Origin: a virus | Strand: one strand, 5' to 3' | Virus record (IMG/VR): IMGVR_UViG_3300028025_004617 | Location: 1-64,000 of that record | DNA: 64,000 nt | Shown here: piece after piece, positions 17,871-30,287 of the stretch | How the letters are laid out: each line of letters opens with the position of its first letter | Numbering within the stretch: the first letter of the stretch is position 1 | Notes under the pieces: model-generated | Seen by the model: only the letters and a program-made list of their open reading frames with translations | Databases searched by the model: none | What the model was told of the DNA's origin: nothing | Translations under genes and position numbers: made by a program

Positions 17871-18801
17871 GTTGTTTTAATTTATAATTGGTTAGGTCCC
17901 CCTGTAAATCGGCAATGTCTTTATCTCCTTCTAATTTCACAATCCAAACCTTTCCCATTAATTTACCACAATTAAGTTTGTGGTATAACTTTTCAGCATC
18001 CTCCCACGCATCGGGGTCCAACACTATTACTATTTTTTTTGCTTTCTCGTATAAAACGCTAAACAAATATTCACTCATAAACTTACCTAACATAGGTATT
18101 GAGTTTGGTATGAATATACTATCGAATGCACCCTCGACCAAATAAATTGTTTCATCCCAATTAACTAAGTATTCATTAAAGATGAGTATTTCTTTTTGTG
18201 CTTCGGGATTTTTATATTTCATTTTGGGTTTGTACAAGTATGAACGTGCGACAAAATAATTTATGTTATGATTTAAATCATATGATGGTATAACGATTCT
18301 ATTTTCATATTCACCACTATAACAAAATCCAATACTATACATTTGTAACATCACATCAGTAATGTTTCTTTTTTTAATGTATTGAAATGCTTGTTTATAT
18401 TGTGGTGTCATTTTAAGACCATTACTAGCATCTTTAAATGCCACAAATTCTTTAGGTAATTTTACAGGCTTATATACTCTTTTATTATCCTCATCATCTT
18501 CGGGTTTTAATAAAAGATAATTTTTTAATTGTTTCTTATTACCCCATTTTTTAATTAACTTGTATATCGATCCGTGTGTTTCATGTGTTTCCGCACATAC
18601 CCAACACTTATAAACACCATATTTGTAGTTAACTTCTAAATTACCTTTACCATCCCCATGTTCTAATCCTTTAATATCATGAGAACAAGTTGGGCAGTCA
18701 AATGATATTTGACCTTTATAGTCACTATGTGATTTGTAATCCCCTAAAATATCTTCGAGGATTTCAACAACAGCGGAATAATCTACTTCATTTTCGGTCA
18801 T
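17863..18801 (-). CDS. DNA primase (Zn finger + TOPRIM)
   Basis: CPTC..CWVC, YFVAR, KYKNP, VEGAFD, LDPD; ATG 18801 preferred. Confidence 0.88.
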   Translation of the reverse strand: MTENEVDYSAVVEILEDILGDYKSHSDYKGQISFDCPTCSHDIKGLEHGDGKGNLEVNYKYGVYKCWVCAETHETHGSIYKLIKKWGNKKQLKNYLLLKPEDDEDNKRVYKPVKLPKEFVAFKDASNGLKMTPQYKQAFQYIKKRNITDVMLQMYSIGFCYSGEYENRIVIPSYDLNHNINYFVARSYLYKPKMKYKNPEAQKEILIFNEYLVNWDETIYLVEGAFDSIFIPNSIPMLGKFMSEYLFSVLYEKAKKIVIVLDPDAWEDAEKLYHKLNCGKLMGKVWIVKLEGDKDIADLQGDLTNYKLKQLD

Positions 18802-18806
18802 ACTCA

Positions 18807-18814
18807 CAAATATA
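18807..18814 (-). promoter_or_regulatory. TAnnTTTG-type promoter element for primase
   Basis: TATATTTG 5 nt before the ATG. Confidence 0.55.
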
Positions 18815-18830
18815 AGTAAAATAACTGATA

Positions 18831-18900
18831 AAAAAAAATCCCCCGGAACACCACCTCCGAGGGAAACCAACCAAAAGTGTATTTCTACACTCCCCGTCTA
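18831..18900 (-). ncRNA. Candidate ~70 nt two-hairpin small RNA ending in an intrinsic terminator
   Basis: TATTTATA at 18905-18912, then GGGGAGTGTA-GAAA-TACACTTTT, then TCCCTCGGA-GGTGGTGT-TCCGGGGGA and a T run. Confidence 0.4.
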
Positions 18901-18940
18901 TCTTTATAAATATAACCTAAACTATCCGTAAATAAAAATT

Positions 18941-19558
18941 TTAGTTGCCGGATTTTTCTAATTTGTTCATATTAACATAACCAATCACACAACATGCCGC
19001 ATCGGCCATATCATAATTTTCTTTTTTAAGTGCACCATTTTTACCATACAACCAGTTAATGTCAGGACACACCGTATTAACGTGTTCCCAAATCACATGT
19101 TTCTTATCAATGTCTTTTGGGTATCCACCAAATAAAACATTACGACCTTTATCGTTTGGTCCCACTAAATCAGGGAATGCATATTTTCTTGAATTATATG
19201 TTGAAATAAATGTCGGTAATATTCCCAACACGTCGTAACAATTCTTTAAAATTAAAGTATTGTATCGTAACAAAGTTCCAATTGTGTAAATGTTATTTGA
19301 TTGTAATAATGGTTCCTCAATAATAACACGGGTAATCCCCATATTTTTATACCCTTCCAAATGTTTTTTGAAAGTATCCGCTTTTTTGATTAATTCCTCA
19401 ATCTTATCTTCTGGTTGTGGTTTAATTTTTGGTGAAAAGTGTGTTAACTCCAATAACTTAGAACCCGATATATCGAACAACGCAAACCCAATGGTTTTAG
19501 TTGAAATATCTAAACCAAGAATTTTAGGTTTGTTTTTAAATTTTACATCTATACTCAT
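18941..19558 (-). CDS. RuvC-like Holliday junction resolvase
   Basis: ILGLDIST, IIEE and DMADA acidic catalytic motifs. Confidence 0.8.
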   Translation of the reverse strand: MSIDVKFKNKPKILGLDISTKTIGFALFDISGSKLLELTHFSPKIKPQPEDKIEELIKKADTFKKHLEGYKNMGITRVIIEEPLLQSNNIYTIGTLLRYNTLILKNCYDVLGILPTFISTYNSRKYAFPDLVGPNDKGRNVLFGGYPKDIDKKHVIWEHVNTVCPDINWLYGKNGALKKENYDMADAACCVIGYVNMNKLEKSGN

Positions 19559-19594
19559 ATTAAAAGTTAATTTAAAAACGACAAAATGTAAAGC

Positions 19595-21184
19595 TTAGAA
19601 ATCTATTTTAACCGAAATAACTTGTGTACCCGTTCTTTCTAATGGTGTCACCAATTTACCGAAAACCAACGCTTCTTTATTAGAATTTAATAAAGCAACT
19701 TCAGTAATTCTTGGGTTACCTGTTTTAGTTGGGTTTTGTGATGTGGTAAACTTACCTGTTGGTAAATTGGCGTTGAATACCATTTCAGCTATGTCTGTTG
19801 ATCTTACCACACTTACATTACCAGGGAACGTTCTTTGATTACCAAAATATGGTGTAACACTATTCGATGTGTAATCGGTACCTGTAACATAATCTGATAA
19901 TAAGAATGTACTTGCCGCCGCGTAACTTGATTGGTCTATTGTGAAAGTGTATCCACCTGTTAAATTACTTAACGATGACCCACCCGCAGCAGTAGTAAAG
20001 TCCATTAATTTCCAAGATTCTGGATTTGGTTTACTACCATTATTTACTATTTGTGCTAAAATGTGAAATTTATTTGCAGTATATCCGTTATTTAAATTTG
20101 TAAAATCGTTACTATTAAATTTAACCGCAATACTATGTGGAGTCGTTTGTCCTGTAACTTTCATGAAGTAATTACATGGTAAACCATTTGAACTGTTTCC
20201 AGTTCCATTTGATACCATGTATGTCACCCATATTGTTTTACCCGTTGTCAAATCCGTTAACGGACTGTTAGTGACAATCGCACTTACTTTGGGTGCAGTT
20301 AATGTGTAACTTCTTTTTGAGTTAACGTCTAATGCTGCTACAATTTCTTCGTCATCAAAAACTATTGTTTTTTGGTTAAAGAATATTTTACCAACTCTAT
20401 TTGCAGTTGTTCCTGTACCATCAACTAAATCTCTATAATCAATTGTAAATCTTGAATGGTAATTTGAAACCATCTGTTTAGTTGTTCCACTCATATAGAA
20501 TGTTGCGCCTGCACTTGATGAATGATTTCTATGATACATTAATGTTGGTATTGTTACCTTAAAATAATCTTTGTCTGAAACCAAATTTGGTGAGGTATTT
20601 CCTGTATGTGTACTTATGTAGTCATCATATTTAAAAAATCTATATGGGTCTGAGGTTATACCACTTTGTGTATAGTGTAATAGTGCAATACATTTTTGTT
20701 CTTCAGGAGTGATTGTCACAATTTCGTTCATTGTATTAACAATAGTTGTTCCTGTATTTTGTGTTTGACCTAATGAAGAATTATAACCTAAGAACTCTTT
20801 AGTTCCCGTGTGTACATTACTAACATACCCCGTTAACGCTCTTGAATTTGTTGGTAATCCGATTGGTTTTTGATCCCATACAACATTTACCGTCCACCCA
20901 CTATCTGGATCCATTACATTTCTACATGATTGTAAGAATGACGATTGTACCGGAACACCATATAATGTTGACCCACTATTTGTGTACCATAGTGGATATT
21001 TTACATTAACATCCTTGTCAAATGGTGCAAATACACTTTGAGTTGTTACTCCACTATAATTGTATTCCGAATCACCTACCGCAAAGTAACTTATTACAAA
21101 ATTACCTTTTGAAATTGCGTCTCTACCTTTCTGTGTTAATCTTGCAGCTACTGTTGCCGAATATGTTGTATTTAAGAAGCTCAT
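19595..21184 (-). CDS. Tail/baseplate structural protein (tail-collar fibre-like termini)
   Basis: LTQKGR..FAVGD N-terminus and ITEVALLN..VFGKL..P C-terminus resemble P2 gpH N-domain/DUF3751; located in the tail module. Confidence 0.55.
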   Translation of the reverse strand: MSFLNTTYSATVAARLTQKGRDAISKGNFVISYFAVGDSEYNYSGVTTQSVFAPFDKDVNVKYPLWYTNSGSTLYGVPVQSSFLQSCRNVMDPDSGWTVNVVWDQKPIGLPTNSRALTGYVSNVHTGTKEFLGYNSSLGQTQNTGTTIVNTMNEIVTITPEEQKCIALLHYTQSGITSDPYRFFKYDDYISTHTGNTSPNLVSDKDYFKVTIPTLMYHRNHSSSAGATFYMSGTTKQMVSNYHSRFTIDYRDLVDGTGTTANRVGKIFFNQKTIVFDDEEIVAALDVNSKRSYTLTAPKVSAIVTNSPLTDLTTGKTIWVTYMVSNGTGNSSNGLPCNYFMKVTGQTTPHSIAVKFNSNDFTNLNNGYTANKFHILAQIVNNGSKPNPESWKLMDFTTAAGGSSLSNLTGGYTFTIDQSSYAAASTFLLSDYVTGTDYTSNSVTPYFGNQRTFPGNVSVVRSTDIAEMVFNANLPTGKFTTSQNPTKTGNPRITEVALLNSNKEALVFGKLVTPLERTGTQVISVKIDF

Positions 21185-21211
21185 ATTTTATAAATATTTT
21201 TTAATTTAATT

Positions 21212-24200
21212 TTAAGTACATGTACCATCTTCAGCACTTATTATTGGTGGTGAGGATTGATTAATAACTACACTAGTAAATGTCATGTTATTAGGTCCTG
21301 TGGTTGTATTTTGACAATATGTGACATTATTACTATCGGTAAATGTTATTTTTTGTCCGGCAATTCCCGCATAGTAATAAATGGTTACATCATATGTACC
21401 TATTTGATTAGTGTCAACTGTTGCACCATTTCCACTTGTGTTAGGGTCAATACCTGAAACATTGGTTACCGCAACATTATTTACAGTAATTGCAGATAAT
21501 GATACGGATATATCTAATGAGTTATTTGTTGCAATTTGAATCGTTACAACGGGAGGACTACAATCACATTGTGGATCTAGACAACCAACACCTTGAGATA
21601 CGAACCCACAATCATCACTTATCACCTCAGTAACACACTCAGTAAAACATAATCCAACATCTTCTGATGGTATATTTGTTGTTATGGTTGTTCCATTTTG
21701 ATTTTTGAATACAAAGGTACACCCACCATAAGGTGCAGATTGTAATATATAACATTCTGATAAAGGATTAGTTGGGGTCGGAGTCGGACTACTTGTAGGG
21801 GGAGGCGTTGCAGTAGGTGGTACTGTTGTTGCTGTTGGTATAGGTGTTGCAGTAGGTGGTACTGTTGTTGCTGTTGGTATAGGTGTTGCAGTAGGTGGTA
21901 CTGTTGTTGCTGTTGGTATAGGTGTTGCAGTAGGCGGTACTGTTGTTGCTGTTGGTGTAGGTGTACTAGTTGGTAAAGGAGTTGAGGTGGCTTCAACCAC
22001 ATCAGTCGATGTTGGTGTAGGTGTTGGCGTACTACTTGGTGTAGGTGTAGGTGTTGGCGTACTACTCTCTGTTGGTGTAGGTGTACTAGTTGGTATAGGA
22101 GTTGAGGTACTACTTGGTGTTGGTGTAGGCGTCGGTGTTGGAGTACTACTTGCCGTTGGTGTAGGAGTTGGCGTACTACTTGGTGTAGGTGTCGGGGTTG
22201 CAGTTGGAGTTGGGGTCGGGGTTGCGGTTGAAGTTGGGGTTGGTTCAATTGGAACACAATTATATAAATCACTACTATATGGTTCCGATATTTTTACACC
22301 ATATCTTGGATTCAAGTAAGCGTATTTCGAACGATTAAAAACATTATTACCTACTAAATTACCCCCTGTCCATAAAGTTGTTGCAGGTATAAATTGTTCA
22401 ATAACTTGTATCCAATATGGACTCATCTTATTGATAAATTCATTAACTGAAGCAAAATTGTATGGTATAAAATTTGTATTTGTTATATAATCATTAAAAA
22501 CTTTTTCTAATGGAAAATAGGATTTACTATATTTTGATATATGCGATTCGGTAATTAATTGATTTAATACGTCATCCAAATATTCCGCAAATGTTAATTC
22601 CGTTTGTGGTTGTAGTTGTCCACCAAAAGTTAATGACAAGTCTCTTGATTGTCTATAAACATCAAATTCAATACCTCGTGATGGAGATAAATAAACATTT
22701 ATATTTTTTCTATTTAATGTTAATTTTGATTCATCCTCATTTGAAACTACACTTCCTTTTAAGTTATCAATTCTATGTTCTAATTCGAAACCATAATCCA
22801 AACCATCTAATGTTCTAAAACTATCAAAATAATCTTCACCATAAGTGTAATCTTTTGGTTTGGTTTTAATTATTTTTGTTCTTCCATTTAAAACGGATAA
22901 TTCAGTATCGATAATATTTGAAGACCTATGGTCTAATGTTAAATCATACCAACCCGCTCCTTTTTGGAAATATATGTCAGAGTCTAAGTTTGTTACTTTT
23001 CTTGGTAGTCCATTTGAATCTATTGGGTATTCTTCTCGACTTAATGTCGTTGTGCCAGTCGTTATTCCCGTAAGATATGCACCACCTGTGTATCCTGTAA
23101 TTACAATATTTGTTTTAGTTCCTCTAATTACCTCATCAATGTCATCTTCAAAATCTTGTTGTGGTAAACCAGTTACGTCATAAACATATTCATCAATTTT
23201 AATTAATGGTTCAGGTGCACCTAAGAATTTCAAAAAGAATTGTATTGCAGAACGTGTTCCTTTTGATTTATATAAATGAGCTAAGTTTGTTAAGATTCTT
23301 CTATAAAATTCATATTCAGCTTCAACCAAAGTTTTACCCAAAGATAAACCAAGGTATTCCGCTTGTTGTCTTGAATATAACGTGTCTTGTAATGATTTCT
23401 CATCAAATAAATTAACCGTTGATAATCCTAGTGTTTGTGATAAATTCTTTAATAATAAATCAGGTACGTTGTTTATACTATCATAACTTACATTTCTCAT
23501 GTAAGCAATGTTATCAATATATTTTTTTACCTTATCAAAATTTTGACCATACAATTGAAATATTGACTCAGCTTTTTTATCTTCACTATCAAATTCAAAT
23601 AATTGTGGTGCAGTTAAAAACCTTACAATTAAATTTGATTTGTACCCATCTATTTCTTCACCTAAACCACTTAACTTTTCAATGTAATCATTAAAGTTTA
23701 CACCAACTATTTGTATGTTCCAATTGTCTTTTGAAACCGGCCAACTAATATCTACATTTACAATATTTGTAGATGTTTGGTCAAAACTATCTCTTGGTAC
23801 TTTAAATGTTGCAGTGTACTTTGGTGTAGTTTCTCTATTAACTAATGTATCCTCTAACTCATCTAAGTTAGTATAGAATTCTTCAGTAATTGCATCGTTT
23901 GGTCTAATTAGAAAACTTGTTGTGGTTCCCGTTGTACCACTAAAAATATTCCCCTCAACTCCAATCCTTACATTACCGTCTGAATTTGTTTCCGTGTAAC
24001 CAACAATATTATATGTGTTACCACTAAAATCAATTACATATTTTCTATAAGATGAATAAAAACTTCTAATAATATTATCCGTTGAAGGTGTGGTATTACT
24101 TTTTGGTTTTTCTATTAATATATCAAATGGATTAAAAAATATAGAAGATGGTGTGTAAAATTGTGTGGTATTTGTAATTGGATTATAAGTTGCTTGATAT

Positions 24201-24613
24201 GCAGTATAATCAGTAATATTATATAATGAATTTTCGTCAGCCAATATTGCTGCAGGGAATTTATTTATAATTTTAGAAACCGATACTGACAATCTATGTT
24301 TTAAAGAACCAAATAGTGATTTACTTGAATCGTCTAGATTCGCTTTAAATTTTATCTTCTCTTTCTTTGAATTACCACTTTGTGTTGTTGGTGCATCCTT
24401 TTCCTCTTTTAATGTATCTAAAGTGATGTATTCAGAAAATGGTGTCGTTTTAAAATCTTTACTATCCTTTTCGGGAATGACTTTATCGACGGCAAAGTTC
24501 GTATTAGTCAGTTGACTACTACCATCGGTAATTTGTCTACCAACTAAACTGTCACTAAACGTTTCCGCACCTGACGCAGCTTGACTCGGAACTTTGTATT
24601 TTGTTACTGCCAT
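21212..24613 (-). CDS. Baseplate wedge-like protein with PT-rich stalk and Cys-rich C-terminal domain
   Basis: [19 protein letters not shown] resembles the P2 gpI/T4 gp7-like motif; PT tract. Confidence 0.6.
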   Translation of the reverse strand: MAVTKYKVPSQAASGAETFSDSLVGRQITDGSSQLTNTNFAVDKVIPEKDSKDFKTTPFSEYITLDTLKEEKDAPTTQSGNSKKEKIKFKANLDDSSKSLFGSLKHRLSVSVSKIINKFPAAILADENSLYNITDYTAYQATYNPITNTTQFYTPSSIFFNPFDILIEKPKSNTTPSTDNIIRSFYSSYRKYVIDFSGNTYNIVGYTETNSDGNVRIGVEGNIFSGTTGTTTSFLIRPNDAITEEFYTNLDELEDTLVNRETTPKYTATFKVPRDSFDQTSTNIVNVDISWPVSKDNWNIQIVGVNFNDYIEKLSGLGEEIDGYKSNLIVRFLTAPQLFEFDSEDKKAESIFQLYGQNFDKVKKYIDNIAYMRNVSYDSINNVPDLLLKNLSQTLGLSTVNLFDEKSLQDTLYSRQQAEYLGLSLGKTLVEAEYEFYRRILTNLAHLYKSKGTRSAIQFFLKFLGAPEPLIKIDEYVYDVTGLPQQDFEDDIDEVIRGTKTNIVITGYTGGAYLTGITTGTTTLSREEYPIDSNGLPRKVTNLDSDIYFQKGAGWYDLTLDHRSSNIIDTELSVLNGRTKIIKTKPKDYTYGEDYFDSFRTLDGLDYGFELEHRIDNLKGSVVSNEDESKLTLNRKNINVYLSPSRGIEFDVYRQSRDLSLTFGGQLQPQTELTFAEYLDDVLNQLITESHISKYSKSYFPLEKVFNDYITNTNFIPYNFASVNEFINKMSPYWIQVIEQFIPATTLWTGGNLVGNNVFNRSKYAYLNPRYGVKISEPYSSDLYNCVPIEPTPTSTATPTPTPTATPTPTPSSTPTPTPTASSTPTPTPTPTPSSTSTPIPTSTPTPTESSTPTPTPTPSSTPTPTPTSTDVVEATSTPLPTSTPTPTATTVPPTATPIPTATTVPPTATPIPTATTVPPTATPIPTATTVPPTATPPPTSSPTPTPTNPLSECYILQSAPYGGCTFVFKNQNGTTITTNIPSEDVGLCFTECVTEVISDDCGFVSQGVGCLDPQCDCSPPVVTIQIATNNSLDISVSLSAITVNNVAVTNVSGIDPNTSGNGATVDTNQIGTYDVTIYYYAGIAGQKITFTDSNNVTYCQNTTTGPNNMTFTSVVINQSSPPIISAEDGTCT
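21807..21960 (-). repeat. 39-bp near-perfect tandem repeat x4 ([13 protein letters not shown]) within the PT tract 21770-22245
   Basis: gtaggtggtactgttgttgctgttggtataggtgttgca repeated. Confidence 0.9.
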
Positions 24614-25533
24614 TATTCTGTAATATTATCTAAATTTAACGTTTCGTCAATACTTTCTCTTTCCTCACGAACCTCATATAATGTTTCATTAAATTCGTCC
24701 TTAACTTCGTATAGGTTGTATTGTTTATAGATATTTTTATTGTTATCGTAGATTGTGTAAATACCCGGAGTAATAGCCTTAGTTTGGTCACCATAAAGTG
24801 CGTGTGCCAATGTGGATGCATCATGTTCTACCATTTCAACCTCAACTGTTGTTGGGTTAAAAAATGTATTTGTTAATATAATTTTTTGTCCTGGGTCACC
24901 GATAAATGGAATAACGTTCGGTCTACTTGATGGTGCCGATGATGGTGTTAATGTTACAAATAAAAATGCAGTGGCTTGGTCCGTATATTGATATCTAACC
25001 GCCTTATCAGATGAATTTGTTAAATTTGATGTTACAGGTGTACAATAAAACGAAGATGTTACCATTCTATAAAAGTTAGGTATTTTTGTTCTATTGTCAG
25101 ATGCATTTATATATTCAACTCTATAACCAACTAATCCTTGTGGTGTAAATTTACCTCTATCTGCAGTAGGAACATTTGAAGTATTAATAACTAATCCTCT
25201 TACAGATGGTAATGAAGCTAACACACCACAATCGGCAATCGTTGTTCTAATTTGTTTTGGTCTAATGTGTAGAGTGTAAATTCCCAATTTTGAGAAGTCA
25301 CTTGCCTCAAGTTTTAAATTATACAAACCACCTAATATTTCGTTATTAGGTGCACTTGAATCATTTGTAGTATTTGCGTTATGAAAAACCGGTGTTAAAA
25401 CCTTTTCAGATACTAATTTTTTTAATTCGACCGGTGCGGTTGCTGTCCTACCCGATGTGAAATGATAGAAAATATCCACATCTGAAGGAGAAACGTCTGC
25501 CGGTCTAACTATACCATAACTTCCAACTGCCAT
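24613..25533 (-). CDS. Putative virion structural protein
   Basis: 306 aa, in tail module, TATTTATT upstream. Confidence 0.6.
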   Translation of the reverse strand: MAVGSYGIVRPADVSPSDVDIFYHFTSGRTATAPVELKKLVSEKVLTPVFHNANTTNDSSAPNNEILGGLYNLKLEASDFSKLGIYTLHIRPKQIRTTIADCGVLASLPSVRGLVINTSNVPTADRGKFTPQGLVGYRVEYINASDNRTKIPNFYRMVTSSFYCTPVTSNLTNSSDKAVRYQYTDQATAFLFVTLTPSSAPSSRPNVIPFIGDPGQKIILTNTFFNPTTVEVEMVEHDASTLAHALYGDQTKAITPGIYTIYDNNKNIYKQYNLYEVKDEFNETLYEVREERESIDETLNLDNITE

Positions 25534-25558
25534 ATTATTTTATTAATAAATATAAATC

Positions 25559-26149
25559 TTATTGTTTTTTAACGTTAAAAAATCCATTTCCATAGACACT
25601 TAACTCACCCATGTTATCAATTTCACCTAATCTAAAGTTCATCTCCATTACTCCCTGTTTACCCCTCTCAACAAAAACGTCAGAATACACCCTTGGTTGT
25701 TCAATAAATCCAAGAAAATGTTCGTTTCTTGTTAAAACTTTATTAATCACATACTCCGTTGCAAAATTGGTTGCGTCTCCCGTTGTATATCCCGAAGGTA
25801 TTGTTGAGTAATAGTTTGCAGTTTGACCCGTGATTTGTGTAAATCCATTAGCCATGTCTCTATATGAAAGTCCATCTATCGTGTAACCCGTATATGTTAC
25901 CCCACTAATTGTTCCGTATTGTAAAGTTTGGGTATATCCTGTGGTACCATATTTTTTTAATTCGGATAATCTACTCGAACCTATTGCAATAAATGATAAA
26001 GATGGTGTGGAACCTGATGGTCGTGCTTTAACCCCCGATACGTATTCCAAATCATTCAAATACGATTGTCCTCCACCCGGTAAGGTATCAGACGAAATAT
26101 TCGTATAAGGTAAAGTGAATCCAGTTAAAGTTCCAAAGTAGGTTGCCAT
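25559..26149 (-). CDS. Putative virion structural protein
   Basis: 196 aa Thr/Gly-rich, in tail module. Confidence 0.6.
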   Translation of the reverse strand: MATYFGTLTGFTLPYTNISSDTLPGGGQSYLNDLEYVSGVKARPSGSTPSLSFIAIGSSRLSELKKYGTTGYTQTLQYGTISGVTYTGYTIDGLSYRDMANGFTQITGQTANYYSTIPSGYTTGDATNFATEYVINKVLTRNEHFLGFIEQPRVYSDVFVERGKQGVMEMNFRLGEIDNMGELSVYGNGFFNVKKQ

Positions 26150-26233
26150 ACACTAGTAAATATCTTTAGATATTTTTTACTAAAATATAACTAATAAAAT
26201 ATCACAAATAAAGGTTAAACAACCCAACTAAAA

Positions 26234-29200
26234 TTAGTTAATTTCTTCCAAATCACTACAGTTCATCATACCTAACGATGCACACGGTGAGTTGACTTCA
26301 CTACAAGGTCCACCTGGAGAATCTTTACACAAATAAGTAGTGGTACCACCACCTCCGCCACCGCCAGCTGGTGCTTCGTAAGGGTCTCCACCTCCACACC
26401 ATTCACTGTTATCACATTTACCACCGATTCCGATTACCATTCCAACATCTTCAACGAATTGGAATCCAGAAACACCATATCTAAACGCTACCGCTATAGT
26501 ACTACAAATATTAATTAATATACCTCCAGATGGACCAATAGATTGTGGGAAATCGCTATAAGGTCGACTAACGTATGCATTGTTAGTTTTTCTATATTCA
26601 ATATATAATTCTTGACCATTGTTTGTTAACATACTTGTTGGAATGAAAATATCGTAACAAGTACCTAAACAAGCTGTAGTGCTAGCCACTCCGCTATTTG
26701 TTACACAACCATTAGCGTCGGTAACTTCAAGACAGTATCCATATTCATCAATATTACTAACAGAAACAGATGGTGATCCTGAAGTTACATTTGTGTATGT
26801 TCCAACTAAAGTTCCTCCACAAGTATTATAAGGTGCTGACGTGTCAGCGTATAATCTATATGTTTTAGGGAATACTCCACCAGATGATGACAATGTAATC
26901 GCTCCGTCCGCACCACCATTACAAGTTGCTAATGTGTTAACCGTAATAGTTGCAGTTTGTTCAGTTGGTTGGGTAATTACTATTGTTGTAACAACATTTA
27001 CACAACCCACACCGTCTTGAACGTATATTGAATATGTTCCGATAGTTAAACTACTGAACGTACCACTTGATTGGTAATTTACCCCGTCTCTTGAATATGT
27101 ATATCCTGAACCACTTCCACCTGATGGATTTGATACGGTAATTGAACCGTTAGATCCACCATAACAACTTACATTATCATATGATACACTTGCAGTAGGT
27201 GCTGATTTAGTAATATTAACGTTTATTGTTGAAGATTCACAACCATTTGTATCTCTTGATTGTAAACTATATGTTGTTGAGGATAAGTCACTAAATGTAC
27301 CACTTGATTGCCAAGTACCTCCATTTATTCTAAATTGGTAATCTCCATTACCACCTCCAGCTGTTACGGTAATACTACCATCACCACCATTCCAACAAGT
27401 TGGTGCCGATGATGAAGATAATGAAATTGTAACTACAGCTGGTTGACTTATTGCGATAGAATATGTTCTTTCACAACCGGCACTATCTTTTACATATAAT
27501 GTATATGTTCCGGCAGTTAAACTTGAATAAGTTCTAGATGTTGTTAAAACTTGGTATGTACCACCTGCATTTATTTTTGTAGAATATGGTCCACCTTGAC
27601 CACCTGAAGGTGAACTAACAACTATATTACCATTATCACCACCATTACATGTAACATTTGTTTGTGTGTATGTTGCACCTACTTGAGTTCTATTTAATCC
27701 TGTAGTGTTTGTTCTAACACAACCACTTGAATCTTTTGTATATGTGGTGTATATTCCACTTGATAAATTACTAAATGTTGTTCCCGCTTGATAGTTTGTA
27801 CCATCAATTGAATATGTATAAGGTGAAACTCCTCCAGTAACACTCGATAATGTTATCGAACCGTCTGACCCACCATAACAAGTTGGGTTTGTTCCTGTTG
27901 CTGTAAATGAAATAATAGTAGGTTCGGTGACAGTTACAGGGGTACTTCCCACTTCGCCGTATGAGTCTTTAGCATATATTGTATATGACCCTGCTGTTAA
28001 ACTACCAAATATGTTACTAACTTGATAGTTTGTTCCATCTTTAGAATATGTGTAATTTGCCGTTCCGCCAACCACACTTGAAACAGTTATTGCTCCGTTA
28101 CTTCCTCCATGACATGTAACATTTGTAGTTGCAGATGCCGTTACTGATATTGTCACGTTGGTAATGCTAATTGTTATAGTTTTGTCAAATGTTAAACTTG
28201 AACCATCAGTTACTCGTACCCTAATTGAATATGATGACTTAGTTTCGTAGTTAAACACAACTGCACTTTTTAATACGCCAGATGTGATTGTGAAATTATT
28301 ATTATCTGTATAAGTTGCACTATCATGTAATGTAAATGTCATTGCACCACCTTCTTGGTCTGTGGCTGAGAATGTACCAATTGTTGTTCCTGTCGGAACA
28401 TTCTCAGATATTGATACTGAACTTAAGGCAATATCTGTTGGTGCTTCGTTTACGTTTGTTACATTTATTGTAAACGTAGTTTCGTAAGTTGAACCTCCAG
28501 CATCTGTTGTTCTAACTCTAATTGAATAAGATGATTTAGCTTCGTAATTGAATACCGACGAACTTCTTAATGATGAACCGCTAATGTTAAATGATGCATT
28601 ATCCGTATCACCAGAACCTGAAACTAATGTGTATGTGAATGTATCACCAGAGTCAACATCGGATGTACTGAACGTACCAATAGTTGTGTTAATTGATGAA
28701 TTTTCAGCAATTGATGTAGAGCTCAATGATAATGCGTATGGTGTTTCATTTACATTATTAACATTGATTGTAAAAATTTTTGTAAATGTTTGACCCGCAC
28801 TATCGGTAGTTCTAACTCTAATTGAATATGAAGTTTTCGACTCATAATTAGGTATTACCGCATTTTTTAATGCACCCCCACTTGTTAAAGTAAAGCTCGC
28901 ATTATCGGTATCACCTGACCCACTTACCAAACTAAATGTGTGTGTATCACTTTCGTCAAGCGTAACTGCACTAAATGTACCTATTGTTGTACCCGTTGCA
29001 GTATTTTCATTTATCGAATTATTACTTAATAAGATATCTGTTGGTGCAAAATTAGTTGTAGGACTCGGAGTAGGAGTTGGTGTAGGGGTTGCGGTTACAA
29101 TACTTAAATCAATATCGAAACTACAATCTCCTGTAGGTGTTGGCGTTGGTGTTGGTGTTGCAGTTACAATATCCAAATCAATATCGAATCTACAATCATT

Positions 29201-30058
29201 AGTAGGTGTAGGGGTTGGGCTCGGAGTAGGACTCGGAGTAGGACTCGGAGTTGGGGTTGGACTTGGTGTAGGGGTAGGACTTGGCGTAGGACTCGGAGTA
29301 GGAGTTGGTGTCGGTGTACTACTTGCTGTTGGGGTTGGTGTTGCTGTTACAATATTAGTATCTATCTCAAAATTACAATCACCAGTAGGTGTTGGTGTAG
29401 GTGTAGGAGTTGCGGTTACAACATCTAAATCCACACCAAAGTTACAATCTGGAGTAGGTGTAGGGGTAGGGGTCGGAGTTGCGGTTACAATATCCAAATC
29501 AATGTCGAATCTACAATCATTTGTAGGGGTTGGTGTCGGTGTAGGGGTTGCAGTTACAATGTCCAAATCAACATCAAAATTACAATCATTTGTAGGAGTT
29601 GGTGTAGGTGTAGGTGTTGCAGTAACCACATTCAAGTCCACATCGAAATTACAATCCGCTGTAGGTGTTGGTGTTGGTGTAGGAGTTGCGGTAATGAAAA
29701 TTAATTCAATATCGAAATCACAATTCGCCGTTGGTGTAGGTGTAGGGGTTGGTGTGCTTGTTGGTGTCGCGGTTGGTTCTGGAACTGCTTCTGATTTAAT
29801 TCTAATGTCATTTTCAATACCCACAGAACAAAACTTACCAGCGGCGTCATATAGATAAATTCTCTCCGCCGTATTTGGTATTTCAACTAAAACTCCATTT
29901 CCTGTTACTAATTGAGTATATGTTAATCCTGTTGCAACTAATGTACTACCTTGTGGATTAAATAATAATGCAAGATTTCCTGCAGGCGGTAACGTATAGT
30001 AGATACTATATATACTATTCGAAAATCCCACATCAATTCTTACATAAAAATATCTCAT
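26234..30058 (-). CDS. Adhesin-like tail fibre: Cys-strand/PT array + 3 cadherin-like domains + ~6 SprB-like repeats
   Basis: APTDI.LS..SI.EN..GT.IGTFS..YSIRVR x3 (~29050-28150); (V/P)TCxGGxxGxIT..GG..YTYS..L..G.Y..KD repeats (~28130-26700). Confidence 0.75.
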   Translation of the reverse strand: MRYFYVRIDVGFSNSIYSIYYTLPPAGNLALLFNPQGSTLVATGLTYTQLVTGNGVLVEIPNTAERIYLYDAAGKFCSVGIENDIRIKSEAVPEPTATPTSTPTPTPTPTANCDFDIELIFITATPTPTPTPTADCNFDVDLNVVTATPTPTPTPTNDCNFDVDLDIVTATPTPTPTPTNDCRFDIDLDIVTATPTPTPTPTPDCNFGVDLDVVTATPTPTPTPTGDCNFEIDTNIVTATPTPTASSTPTPTPTPSPTPSPTPTPSPTPTPSPTPSPTPSPTPTPTNDCRFDIDLDIVTATPTPTPTPTGDCSFDIDLSIVTATPTPTPTPSPTTNFAPTDILLSNNSINENTATGTTIGTFSAVTLDESDTHTFSLVSGSGDTDNASFTLTSGGALKNAVIPNYESKTSYSIRVRTTDSAGQTFTKIFTINVNNVNETPYALSLSSTSIAENSSINTTIGTFSTSDVDSGDTFTYTLVSGSGDTDNASFNISGSSLRSSSVFNYEAKSSYSIRVRTTDAGGSTYETTFTINVTNVNEAPTDIALSSVSISENVPTGTTIGTFSATDQEGGAMTFTLHDSATYTDNNNFTITSGVLKSAVVFNYETKSSYSIRVRVTDGSSLTFDKTITISITNVTISVTASATTNVTCHGGSNGAITVSSVVGGTANYTYSKDGTNYQVSNIFGSLTAGSYTIYAKDSYGEVGSTPVTVTEPTIISFTATGTNPTCYGGSDGSITLSSVTGGVSPYTYSIDGTNYQAGTTFSNLSSGIYTTYTKDSSGCVRTNTTGLNRTQVGATYTQTNVTCNGGDNGNIVVSSPSGGQGGPYSTKINAGGTYQVLTTSRTYSSLTAGTYTLYVKDSAGCERTYSIAISQPAVVTISLSSSSAPTCWNGGDGSITVTAGGGNGDYQFRINGGTWQSSGTFSDLSSTTYSLQSRDTNGCESSTINVNITKSAPTASVSYDNVSCYGGSNGSITVSNPSGGSGSGYTYSRDGVNYQSSGTFSSLTIGTYSIYVQDGVGCVNVVTTIVITQPTEQTATITVNTLATCNGGADGAITLSSSGGVFPKTYRLYADTSAPYNTCGGTLVGTYTNVTSGSPSVSVSNIDEYGYCLEVTDANGCVTNSGVASTTACLGTCYDIFIPTSMLTNNGQELYIEYRKTNNAYVSRPYSDFPQSIGPSGGILINICSTIAVAFRYGVSGFQFVEDVGMVIGIGGKCDNSEWCGGGDPYEAPAGGGGGGGTTTYLCKDSPGGPCSEVNSPCASLGMMNCSDLEEIN
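29060..29780 (-). repeat. Coding array of 8 units (D/N)CxF(D/E/G)(I/V)DLx(I/V)[12 protein letters not shown]
   Basis: Visible in translation; basic unit 23 aa / 69 bp with diverged codons. Confidence 0.9.
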
Positions 30059-30070
30059 TTACTATACCTA

Positions 30071-30286
30071 TTAGGAATTTTGTTTTATCCAATCATAACA
30101 CTCGTTTATTGTGTGAAAAACATCACTATTATAACTATTTTCATCATCAAATAAACAAACCATGTAGTCCTCGGATTCTGCCGCTTTAAAAATACTATAC
30201 TCTTTATTATTGATATTTTGTATTTCAATATTATTTGCCACATCAATTGTGTTATATAATATATTAGTCATTTCTTTTATTTCCAT
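30071..30286 (-). CDS. Small hypothetical protein
   Basis: 71 aa ORF between fibre genes. Confidence 0.55.
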   Translation of the reverse strand: MEIKEMTNILYNTIDVANNIEIQNINNKEYSIFKAAESEDYMVCLFDDENSYNSDVFHTINECYDWIKQNS

Positions 30287-30287
30287 A

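Noticed and set aside
18831-18900. tRNA gene in the GC-rich intergenic island
   Set aside because: Only two hairpins, with no cloverleaf or acceptor stem; kept as an sRNA candidate instead.
21682-22272. 196 aa Gln/Leu/His-rich same-strand ORF
   Set aside because: Alternate-frame reading of the PT tract, with no independent start signal or slippery site seen.
28938-29858. Long plus-strand Val/Gly ORFs (also 34670..35290, 21987..22319) and 6846..7658
   Set aside because: Antisense shadows of PT-repeat or acidic minus-strand genes.
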